A stretch of 64,000 nt of DNA from Gammaproteobacteria bacterium. GTDB taxonomy: Bacteria; Pseudomonadota; Gammaproteobacteria; SZUA-140. The stretch is from positions 13,744-77,743 of the forward strand of contig JAKISP010000008.1 of the NCBI GenBank assembly GCA_021648525.1, read 5' to 3'. Both the position numbers and the translations under genes were made by a program. Every line of letters begins with the position of its first letter. Positions within the stretch are counted from its first letter, which is position 1. Below are positions 52,622 to 61,600 of the stretch, piece after piece. The notes under the pieces are model-generated. The model did no database searches. It worked only from the letters and a program-made list of their open reading frames with translations, and had not been told where the DNA came from.

Positions 52622-53626
52622 TTACAGCACGCTCAAGGTTGCCTCGGACAATAATTGTTTCTTCCGTTTGGATGGCATGGCCGCCTCGTAGGTCGAGATT
52701 TGATCATATAACTGTTTACCAATCTCTCGGCCAAGTTCTGCGCCTACCAATGCACCAATGCCCCCGGCGACAGCAAGAATGATTAATCCAGGACCAAGAA
52801 ATGCAGTGGCAAAGCCCGCACCCAATATTCCAAGCACTAACGCCCCATACTCCTCATACGCCACTTTCTCCGCATTCTCACCCGCAGCCGCGGCATTTTT
52901 CACTTTCTGCCCGGCGAATGTCGCATCAATCACAATCGCTCCCACCGCACTCACTCTGGCGATTTTCAGGAAACGTTTCAGACGCTGAACATCATCGGTA
53001 TTGGTAAGGTCAATGCTCTGTTTGCGGCTGCGCAGCGCTCGCATGCCGCGTTTTGTGCTTTTCAGGGCGGCGCTGTTATGAGCCATGCTCCTGACTTCGC
53101 TTTTGTAGACGTTGCTGAGTTTTTCGTGGGCCGGTTGCACTTTGTCAATTTTGATTTTGTTGCGCTGTTTCTTTGGTGCATTTTTCCATTCCACCAGGCT
53201 GTCGTTGTACACTTGCAGCGCCTGAATATACCCCTTGCCGCGCGACCTGGAGGCTCCCAGTAGCCCGCCGGCAAAGGCTTTGAGGGTATCGTCATTTTGC
53301 GGCAATGTATCGACAAGGGTGCTGAGGGCGAGGATTTCATCGCCGTTGTATTGTTGTAGCAGTTTATTCAGGACATCCGCTTCCTGTGGGGTAAACCGTG
53401 GCCCGATGTTGACCTGCGGTACCTTGCGTTTGAGTTGTTGCTCCAGGTTATCGGGAATCATCAGGCATTCATTCGGAAACAGGGGGCGATTGGGGTAGTG
53501 TCCGTTGTATTTTGCCAGTATCTTGCAGATGGAAGCCTGCTCTGCAGCGGGTGCTTCATGGCAATGTCGGGCGACGAAATCAGGTAATGTTTCGGATTGA
53601 TTATCGGTGACATACAGTGTCGGCAT
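52622..53626 (-). CDS. Full-length member (334 aa) of the glycine-zipper membrane-domain family: unknown N-terminal ~200-aa domain, a conserved linker, and a C-terminal Gly-zipper TM segment
   Basis: The C-terminus VLGILGAGFATAFLGPGLIILAVAGGIGALVGAELGREIGKQLYDQISTYE is preceded by the linker shared with the two downstream orphan copies. No signal peptide. Confidence 0.6.
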   Translation of the reverse strand: MPTLYVTDNQSETLPDFVARHCHEAPAAEQASICKILAKYNGHYPNRPLFPNECLMIPDNLEQQLKRKVPQVNIGPRFTPQEADVLNKLLQQYNGDEILALSTLVDTLPQNDDTLKAFAGGLLGASRSRGKGYIQALQVYNDSLVEWKNAPKKQRNKIKIDKVQPAHEKLSNVYKSEVRSMAHNSAALKSTKRGMRALRSRKQSIDLTNTDDVQRLKRFLKIARVSAVGAIVIDATFAGQKVKNAAAAGENAEKVAYEEYGALVLGILGAGFATAFLGPGLIILAVAGGIGALVGAELGREIGKQLYDQISTYEAAMPSKRKKQLLSEATLSVL

Positions 53627-53811
53627 GACGCTTTTCCTTACGCTGAAATGAAACGGCCTTAAACAAGGCTGTAAAATGACTAAAATAGTAGCACGAAACC
53701 GTTAACCTGGAAAACGCAGTTGCGCGTAAAAATTCACAAGCAACTGATATTAATAGTAATTTTTAAAAACAGGCAGTCACTTTGCTAGTAATGAGTGATT
53801 TTCCAGATACG

Positions 53812-53978
53812 CTAGGAGCCTGTCGGACTTAGGTGATCGTCGCGAGAGAAAGCCATTTTGAGACCATTTTTTCGATCATTTGAGGCGAATATTGAGCATA
53901 TTTAACGAAATTGATCGGAAAAATGGACCGAAATGGCTTTTTCGCAGTAGATTCATCCTAAGTCCGACAGGCTCCTAG
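53812..53978. mobile_element. 167-bp near-perfect palindromic element with 22-bp terminal inverted repeats (MITE/REP-like)
   Basis: Left end ctaggagcctgtcggacttagg (53812..53833). Right end cctaagtccgacaggctcctag (53957..53978). Internal arms are also self-complementary (gccattttgagacc / ggaccgaaatggc, tcgatca / tgatcga). It lies in the amiB to cassette intergenic region. Confidence 0.6.
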
Positions 53979-53997
53979 TACATGATCAAGGCTAATG

Positions 53998-55371
53998 CTA
54001 ACCACCGCCAAAAGCTGGGATTTTTAACACCTGCCCAATCCGCACTCTGTCACCAGGCAGTTTATTTTCTGAACGAATACTCGCAATACTGACATGATAA
54101 CGTTGCGCAATCTCTGAAAGCGTATCACCACTGGCGATGGTATGCTGACGCGCTTTAATCGCATAAAGTGTTCCTGGTGGCGCGTTCTTAATAAAGTACT
54201 CACGCACACCATTCAACAGCGCCTTAGCCAACACACGCTGATGCCGCTTATTTCTCAATTTTTTTTCTTCAGTGGGATTAGAGATAAAAGCGGCTTCCAC
54301 CAATATAGAGGGTATATCCGGCGACTTCAGCACCGCAAATGCGGCTTGCTGAACCTCTTTTTTATGCAGTTTACCCAGCGGCTTCAGCTCCCGCAACATC
54401 TCTCTACCCGCTTCATAACTAGCTTGCTTGGTGGCAGTCTGCGAAAGATCAAGCAGCACTCGCGCTAACATGTTGTCTTTGTCATCCAGACTAACGCCGC
54501 CAATCAGGTCGGATGCATTTTCTTTTTCTGCTAACCACCGGGCGGCTTCACTAGAGGCACCATTTTCAGATAAAATATAGACCGATGAGCCATAAACACG
54601 TTTATCCTGAAAGGCATCCGCATGGATTGAGATAAACATATCAGCTCGATTATCACGCGCCTTTTGAGTACGCTGACGTAAACTCAAAAAATAATCACCA
54701 TCACGAATCAACAATGGCCGCATCCCTTTCTCTTTCTCGATTAACGCCGCCAGTTTTTTCGCGATCGCAAAAACAACGTCTTTTTCATGTGTACCACGTG
54801 GCCCCAACGCGCCAGGGTCTTCACCACCGTGACCCGCATCAATCGCAATAACGAGATCTCTTAATTCAGGTTCAACACGTAGAGAACGTGCTTTTGTACT
54901 GTTTTTTGACACGACTGGCTTGCCAGCAGCAGACTTTGATTCATTTTTTTGACGCCCGCCATGCAACAGATCAACCACCAGGCGGTGCCCATACTTCTTA
55001 TAAGGCTTGAGCAGAAAACTTTTGAATTTAGTTTTATCGTGCAGGTCGAGCACCACCCGTAAATCTTTATTAGGTCGAACCGCGCTGCGAATATTTTTCA
55101 GAATAATGTCTTTGCCAGCGGGCTTCACCATCTTGCCGCTCAGACGCGTATTTTTGAAATCGATCACCAGACGAGGCGGATTGAAGAGTTTAAACACCTT
55201 ATATTCAGCGCTTGCACTACTCACATCGAACACTACTCGGGTGTTATCGGGTGCTTGCCAGGTGCGCACGCCATCGACCTGAGTACTCGCTGCAGAGCAG
55301 ACCCAGGGTAGTGCTAACAAGAATATGAGACTCAGTTTTTTTATCACGCTTGAGACCTGTCTTTTTTTCAC
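53998..55371 (-). CDS. amiB: N-acetylmuramoyl-L-alanine amidase (AmiB/AmiC-type) with an AMIN domain and a C-terminal LysM
   Basis: Amidase_3 motifs (IAIDAGHGGEDPGA, ISIHADAF), N-terminal signal peptide and AMIN domain, C-terminal LysM (HTIASGDTLSEIAQRYHVS). 457 aa. Confidence 0.85.
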   Translation of the reverse strand: MKKRQVSSVIKKLSLIFLLALPWVCSAASTQVDGVRTWQAPDNTRVVFDVSSASAEYKVFKLFNPPRLVIDFKNTRLSGKMVKPAGKDIILKNIRSAVRPNKDLRVVLDLHDKTKFKSFLLKPYKKYGHRLVVDLLHGGRQKNESKSAAGKPVVSKNSTKARSLRVEPELRDLVIAIDAGHGGEDPGALGPRGTHEKDVVFAIAKKLAALIEKEKGMRPLLIRDGDYFLSLRQRTQKARDNRADMFISIHADAFQDKRVYGSSVYILSENGASSEAARWLAEKENASDLIGGVSLDDKDNMLARVLLDLSQTATKQASYEAGREMLRELKPLGKLHKKEVQQAAFAVLKSPDIPSILVEAAFISNPTEEKKLRNKRHQRVLAKALLNGVREYFIKNAPPGTLYAIKARQHTIASGDTLSEIAQRYHVSIASIRSENKLPGDRVRIGQVLKIPAFGGG

Positions 55372-55478
55372 ATAAATACTTTTAATACATTAAAACATAA
55401 ATTGCAATATTTTTAATGAGATAGATTGCATAGTTACTTTTAAACATCACTTAATTAGCAACAATATAACCGCCAGAC

Positions 55479-55949
55479 TCACTGCATCTGCTGGATGATT
55501 TTACGCCCTTTTGCACTAGCGGCACACACTGACAGCTCACGCGCACTGCCACAATAAGACAATGTTAATTCGATATCTGCCTTTCCAATCGCACCCGCGC
55601 CACGCTCAGGCCACTCCACCAGACAGAGCATGTCGTCAGAAAAGTAATCACGAATCCCCATATACTCAAGCTCCTCCGGATCGCCAAGACGATACAGATC
55701 AAAGTGATGCAGCAGACCATCGACTAGTGGATATGACTCCACCAGCGTGTAAGTCGGACTTTTAACCGCCCCCGTATAACCACGCGCATGCAAGAACCCT
55801 CGCACCCATGTCGTCTTTCCCGCTCCCAATGGGCCATGCAAAAAAATCACGCCGCCGCCTGTAATAACAGAAGCAAAAGTTGCGCCAAGTGCCTCCATCT
55901 GTTCAGCAGTGGCAATATGCCAGCTTTTTTTTATCTCAGACACCCTCAA
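55479..55949 (-). CDS. tsaE: tRNA threonylcarbamoyladenosine biosynthesis protein TsaE
   Basis: P-loop GPLGAGKTT plus the SPTYTLVESY and HFDLYRL motifs. 156 aa. Overlaps the nnr stop. Confidence 0.85.
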   Translation of the reverse strand: MRVSEIKKSWHIATAEQMEALGATFASVITGGGVIFLHGPLGAGKTTWVRGFLHARGYTGAVKSPTYTLVESYPLVDGLLHHFDLYRLGDPEELEYMGIRDYFSDDMLCLVEWPERGAGAIGKADIELTLSYCGSARELSVCAASAKGRKIIQQMQ

Positions 55950-57427
55950 AGCCCATTCACTATCGCACGTAGATGCGGCATCAAATCACTCGCCAGCAAA
56001 CCTCGTTCACCCGCCAGGGCTGCGCGGTCAGCGACACTCGCGTGCAGCCAGGCGCCAGACGTTGCCGCGTCAGACAGATTCAGCCCCTGAGCCATCAGGG
56101 CAGCGATCACGCCCGTTAGCACATCGCCCATGCCGCCACTGGCCATGCCGGGATTACCCGCATCACACAACGATACGGTGCCATTTTGATCGATCACCAG
56201 CGTACCGGCCCCCTTCAATACCACCACGCCACCATATTGCCGCTGCAATGCATCAGCGGCACAAAAGCGGTCTGCCTGTATCTGACTCGTCGACATATTT
56301 AACAGCCGTGCTGCCTCCCCCGGATGCGGCGTCAACACCCAGTCATCACGCATAAACGGTTCGCGTGCCAGCAGATTTAACGCATCGGCATCAACCACCA
56401 ATGGCACATCACTCGTCAGCACCGTGTCGAACATTGCCATTCCCCACGCGGCGGTGCTGAGCCCAGGCCCAATCGCAATCACATCTGCACGCTTCATCAA
56501 TGAACGTAGTGCAGCAGCGTCCGCCACCGCATGCATCATCAATTCAGGCTGCGATTGATTGAGCACGGCGGCGTGTTCACCCGCGGTGGCGATTGAAACC
56601 CGCCCGGCCCCACAACGCAGCGCAGCCTCCCCTGCCAACTGAATCGCACCACTCATCCCCGGCGCGCCGCCAATCAGCAGCACATGACCACAATCACCCT
56701 TATGGGCGGAACGTACTCGGCGCGGCAACAAAACCGATAGCCGACCCGAATCGATTCGACTCGCCGCAGGCGCTACCTTTTCATACACCGCCTGTGGTAC
56801 TTCGAGGTCATCAAATAAAATATCACCGCAGCACTCAGGCCCACCCGCCGTTAACATTCCCTGCTTCAAACCAATAAAGCTGATCGTTACCGCTGCCTGC
56901 ACCACCACACCCATCGCAGCACCACTATTCGCATCCAGGCCCGATGGAATATCAATTGCCAGCACCGGAACAGATGCCGCATTAAGTGCCACAATCGTAT
57001 CCTGCCAATGCCCTTTCACATCACGGTTTAACCCACTGCCCAGCATTGCATCCACTATGACATCGCTGTTATCCAACAAACCAGCACGCATTGGCTGCAC
57101 CTCAATATCCACCGTAACCATCGCCTCATACGCAAGCCTGGCATCACCTTTCAGCGAGTTAACATCCACTAGCAGTGCAACGGACACTTCACGCCCAGCT
57201 GCCTGCGCCAGCCGTGCAATCACGAAGCCATCACCGCCATTATTGCCGCCACCACAAATCACGGCGATGCGCCGTGCCTGCGGCCAACGTGAGGACAAAA
57301 CAGCAAAGGCAGCCGCACCGGCACGCGTCATCAATTCAATCCCGGGAATAGAAAATTCTTCGATTGCGATGCGATCAAGCTCGCGCACGTCAGCAGCGCG
57401 GTACAATGTGTGTGGTAACAAACTCAT
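55946..57427 (-). CDS. nnr: Bifunctional NAD(P)H-hydrate repair enzyme Nnr (epimerase + ADP-dependent dehydratase). The start is taken at MSLLPHTLYRAADVREL; the ORF-track N-terminal extension to 57565 is probably not translated.
   Basis: YjeF-N motif CGGGNNGGDG and the C-terminal carbohydrate-kinase-like domain (GPGLS, GDVLTG). Operon order nnr-tsaE-amiB as in E. coli yjeF-yjeE-amiB. Confidence 0.85.
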   Translation of the reverse strand: MSLLPHTLYRAADVRELDRIAIEEFSIPGIELMTRAGAAAFAVLSSRWPQARRIAVICGGGNNGGDGFVIARLAQAAGREVSVALLVDVNSLKGDARLAYEAMVTVDIEVQPMRAGLLDNSDVIVDAMLGSGLNRDVKGHWQDTIVALNAASVPVLAIDIPSGLDANSGAAMGVVVQAAVTISFIGLKQGMLTAGGPECCGDILFDDLEVPQAVYEKVAPAASRIDSGRLSVLLPRRVRSAHKGDCGHVLLIGGAPGMSGAIQLAGEAALRCGAGRVSIATAGEHAAVLNQSQPELMMHAVADAAALRSLMKRADVIAIGPGLSTAAWGMAMFDTVLTSDVPLVVDADALNLLAREPFMRDDWVLTPHPGEAARLLNMSTSQIQADRFCAADALQRQYGGVVVLKGAGTLVIDQNGTVSLCDAGNPGMASGGMGDVLTGVIAALMAQGLNLSDAATSGAWLHASVADRAALAGERGLLASDLMPHLRAIVNGL

Positions 57428-57446
57428 ACGCGCTATCATAGCGCTT

Positions 57447-58565
57447 ATGCAAGACGCAAAAAACCCACCGACCACTTTATCCGCCAAAGCACTCGCAGAA
57501 CTGGCCGACAAAATCCGCGCCTGGAGTAAGGCACTTGGTTTTGAGGCGATGAGCATCAGCGACACCGATCTTGCAGAGGATGAGACTCACCTGCTCAACT
57601 GGCTTGATGCTGGCCACCATGGCGAAATGGAGTACATGGCACGCCACGGCACCAAACGCAGCCGTCCGGCCGAGCTGGAACCCGGCACTTTGCGGGTGAT
57701 TTCGGTACGGATGGATTATCTGGTCAATGATCAACATCAGGCAGAAGATTGCCTTAACGACCCGACACTCGGCTACGTATCACGCTATGCAATGGGGCGC
57801 GACTACCACAAGGTGTTGCGCCAACGGCTGCAAAAACTCGCCACAAAAATTGAAGAAGCAGTCGGGCCATTTTCTTATCGTGCCTTTACCGATAGCGCAC
57901 CGGTACTGGAAAAGGCACTGGCACAGAAGTCCGGCATGGGGTGGATCGGTAAACACACCAACCTGATCAACCAGCAGGCAGGCTCGTGGTTTTTCCTGGG
58001 TGAACTCTATACCGATCTACCGCTGCCGATCGACCCACCTGGCGGAAACCACTGCGGCACCTGCAACGCCTGTATCGATGTCTGCCCCACCGCTGCAATC
58101 ATCGCACCGTATAAACTCGATGCACGTCGCTGTATCTCATATCTCACCATCGAACTGCACGGCAGCATCCCGCTGGAATTTCGCCCATTGATTGGCAATC
58201 GCATTTATGGCTGCGATGACTGCCAGCTATTTTGCCCATGGAATCGCTTTGCACAACTGACACGCGAGCAAGATTTTCAGGTGCGGCATCAACTTGATAG
58301 CAGCACGCTGATAGAACTATTTGAGTGGGATGAACAGCAGTTTATTGATAACACAGCAGGCTCTGCCATTCGCCGCATTGGACATGAGCGCTGGCTGCGC
58401 AACATCGCAATCGCACTGGGCAATACACCGACACAACCTGAGATCATCGCAGCACTAAAGCAGCGCCGCGATGATTCATCAGAGATGGTACGTGAACATA
58501 TTGAGTGGGCGCTGGAACAGCACCCACAACAACCGAACACCTCACCATCCCGGAATGATATCTGA
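57447..58565 (+). CDS. queG: Epoxyqueuosine reductase. The start is taken at MQDAKNPP; the ORF-track extension from 57057 overlaps nnr on the opposite strand.
   Basis: Two ferredoxin-type motifs (CGTCNACIDVCPT, CDDCQLFCPWN), a C-terminal HEAT-like region, and the N-terminus LAELADKIRAWSKALGFEAMSISDTDL. Divergent from nnr as in E. coli. Confidence 0.8.
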   Translation: MQDAKNPPTTLSAKALAELADKIRAWSKALGFEAMSISDTDLAEDETHLLNWLDAGHHGEMEYMARHGTKRSRPAELEPGTLRVISVRMDYLVNDQHQAEDCLNDPTLGYVSRYAMGRDYHKVLRQRLQKLATKIEEAVGPFSYRAFTDSAPVLEKALAQKSGMGWIGKHTNLINQQAGSWFFLGELYTDLPLPIDPPGGNHCGTCNACIDVCPTAAIIAPYKLDARRCISYLTIELHGSIPLEFRPLIGNRIYGCDDCQLFCPWNRFAQLTREQDFQVRHQLDSSTLIELFEWDEQQFIDNTAGSAIRRIGHERWLRNIAIALGNTPTQPEIIAALKQRRDDSSEMVREHIEWALEQHPQQPNTSPSRNDI

Positions 58566-58609
58566 ACTTATTAGACCACTACGCTTTTTCGCCCCTCTTT
58601 TCGCTGCGC

Positions 58610-61600
58610 TCAAGCCACATTCTGCCATGCAGCTGCAATCACAGGTTGAAGTCCTGTCTGTAAATCAGGTGAAAGCGTCAGTTCACCCAGTGCAGGTGGG
58701 TTAAATGCCGCCATCGCACTGACTAATTGATCGACCTGGGTATCAAGCAGGTAAGCACCATCAGCCACTTCAAAACGATCTACTTGATAAGCATCATCAC
58801 CATACCAATTTGAAACAACCAGTTGATCGGCGGTGCCAATCACACTCACATTCAGGTTATCGCCATTTCTGCTGAACCATAATTGCTCTGTCGATATATC
58901 CGCACCAAAAAGTGCCATATCTTCCGTTGCGCCATAAACAGCCGGTTGTGCATCCTGTGCGTTATAATCGTTGACTACATCACTGCCATCGCCCCTTCCA
59001 AAGATATAAACATCGCTGCCCGCTCCACCACTCAGGGTGTCGTTGCCAGACCCACCAACCAGTGTGTCGTTGCCGGTTGAGCCAGTCAGACTATCGTTAC
59101 CAGCCATGCCGTAGATCGCAGCGATATTCACCAGCGTCGTACCACTAAAGTCGAGCGTGTTGCTGTAGTTATTGTTCTGAATGATGTTGCTGCCAGCGCC
59201 GCCATCGATTACTTCGACGGTGTTGCTACCTGAGAAGGTGCTCAGTCCAATAGTGTCATCGCCTGCGCTACCTTGCAGGGTATCAATGCCATCACCACCG
59301 TTAACCCGGTCAAAACCATCGCCTTCAGTATAGAGAAACAGGTCATCACCTGCTTCACCATAAAGCTGGTCATCATCGCGGCCGCCGTAGATCTGGTCGT
59401 TGCCGCCACCGCCAAAAATAGCGTCATTACCGTCACCGCCGAAGAGGATGTCGTCACCCACTTCAGTCACGGCAACATCCTGGGTTTGATTGAGAGCCAG
59501 CACGCTCTCAGTATATGTCCAATAGGCATTGGCAGGAAAAAAACCAACGGCTTCATTCGCACCGTCCCATGTCGCAATCACCCCGCTTTCGGTATCACCA
59601 AAAAGTGTGTCATTGCCAGTCCCACCCACCAGGGTGTCGATCCCGGCACCGCCGTATAACCAGTCATTACCGGCACTGCCATACAGATAGTCCTGACCAT
59701 CTTCGCCAAAAAGCAGGTCGTTCCCGTCCATTCCCAGCAGGATGTCTTCTGCACCACCACCATCGAGGTAGTCGTGACCGAGGCCACCCACCAGCCAGTC
59801 AACCCGCGATGAGCCCACCAGGGTGTCATTGCCACCTTCACCATAGAGGTAGGCACCTTCTGCACCGGCAACCGCTGAATCTGTTTGAGAGGAAGCGGAG
59901 AGGGTGTCATTGCCTTCACCACCGTAGAGCTGAATGCCCGGGTTGTTGGCAATATCCAGCACATTAACAAAATCGTTTTGGTCACCGACATAAACAGCAT
60001 CAATATTGCTGGCGAGGGTGATCTGGTTCGGGGTGAGCGGGTCGGCTCCCGCCAGGTCTGCGTTAAAGTTTGAGGCTGTCATGCCATCGATCTGTAAAGC
60101 GTCTTCGTTACCAATAAAGGTGGTGATCGTGGTGGTTGCTACCGGTTCGGGGGTCTCGATCAGGTTAATCCCGAGGTCGCCGTTGTTAAAGTTTTCAACA
60201 GAGACAACACCATCCACGCCGATAATCTGCAGGAAGTTGCCGTTGAGGCGGTAGGTTAATGAGCCGTCGTCGTTCTGGTATTCATTGGCGGTGGCGGTCT
60301 CAAGGCCACCGATCAATACGTTGCCGTCATAGATGATCTGGCCGAGGCCATCTGTATCGCGAATCAGGTCTGAACCGTCACCGCTGTTGAAGATGTAGGT
60401 ATCCATGCCGGTGCCACCTTCGAGTACATCGGCAACATTGTCACCAGCACCGCCGATCAGAATGTCGTCACCCGCACCGCCATAGAGGCGGTCGGTACCG
60501 CCGCCGCCATTGAGAACGTCGTTGTCGTTACCGCCGTAGAGGTTGTCATCGTTGGCATCACCGCTGAGGATATCGTCACCGGTGCCACCCAGCAGGGTGT
60601 CATTGCCAGCGCCGCCTAGCAGGGTGTCTGTACCGGCGTTGCCTTCAATATAATCAGCACCTGCATTTCCCGAAATGATGTCGTTACCGGCACCGCCGTA
60701 GAGGTAATCGCCCTGATTGCCACCGTTGATTGTGTCTGGGTTTTCATCACCAAAGGTGTAGCGAACTGCACTTGGTAAAATTGTAGATCCGAAATCAAAG
60801 GTTCCTGCCTGTATATTTGAACCTTGATCGTCATAGTATTCAATCCTGCCATCTGTTGTTGGTACCAAATAATGGTCAATACTATTTCTGCTTATTAACT
60901 GGTTAAGTACGTAGGCCTTATCTAGCAAAAATTGCTCGGTAAAATTATCAGCGCCCCATTCACTGGATAAATAGAGACCTGCATTCCCGGTAATCGCGAA
61001 AGGGTTGAGGTTAACCAGTGCATAGCGGTAGGCATACCCTGCCGCTGAGTTATCCATCGCAGCATTGGCCAGGCTATTAACATCTACGATGCTGACAGCA
61101 CCGACGGAATTCGTAAACAGGCCGCTTGCCTCTATGGCTTGTATCTGTGTGTAGAGGGCATCACGGTCGTCGATTGCCACGTTTCCAGTCACACCAAAAA
61201 TACCACTGAGCATATCGATGGTGGTTTCCAGGCTATTGGCGTTAATATAGGTGCTGTTTTCTATAAAGCTGGTAATGGTGTTGATGCCGTTGGGGTCGGT
61301 GTTGAGATTGGAGTCCAATGTGGCGAAGAGGTTGTAGACGGCGAGGGAGTCGGTCATTGCGACTATATCATGAGAATCGAGCGGCCCTTGATTATTACTC
61401 TCTGAAAAAATAATACCGCTAATTCCAGGCACATCACCTATCAAATGAACAAGATCACTTTCTACATTCGTATTGACACCACTGGTATTCCAATCAGTAC
61501 CGATGCTACCAGTAAGTGGCACTGGAACGCTGTTAAATAAATCAAAGAACCCTGAGCTAGTTGGATCTGTTCCAAACACATCGAATCCGGGTGAATTGTA

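Noticed and set aside
57057-57446. N-terminal 130-aa extension of the queG ORF in the track
   Set aside because: The extension is Ser/Thr/Ala/Pro-rich with no QueG homology and overlaps nnr on the opposite strand. The internal Met at 57447 reproduces the canonical QueG N-terminus.
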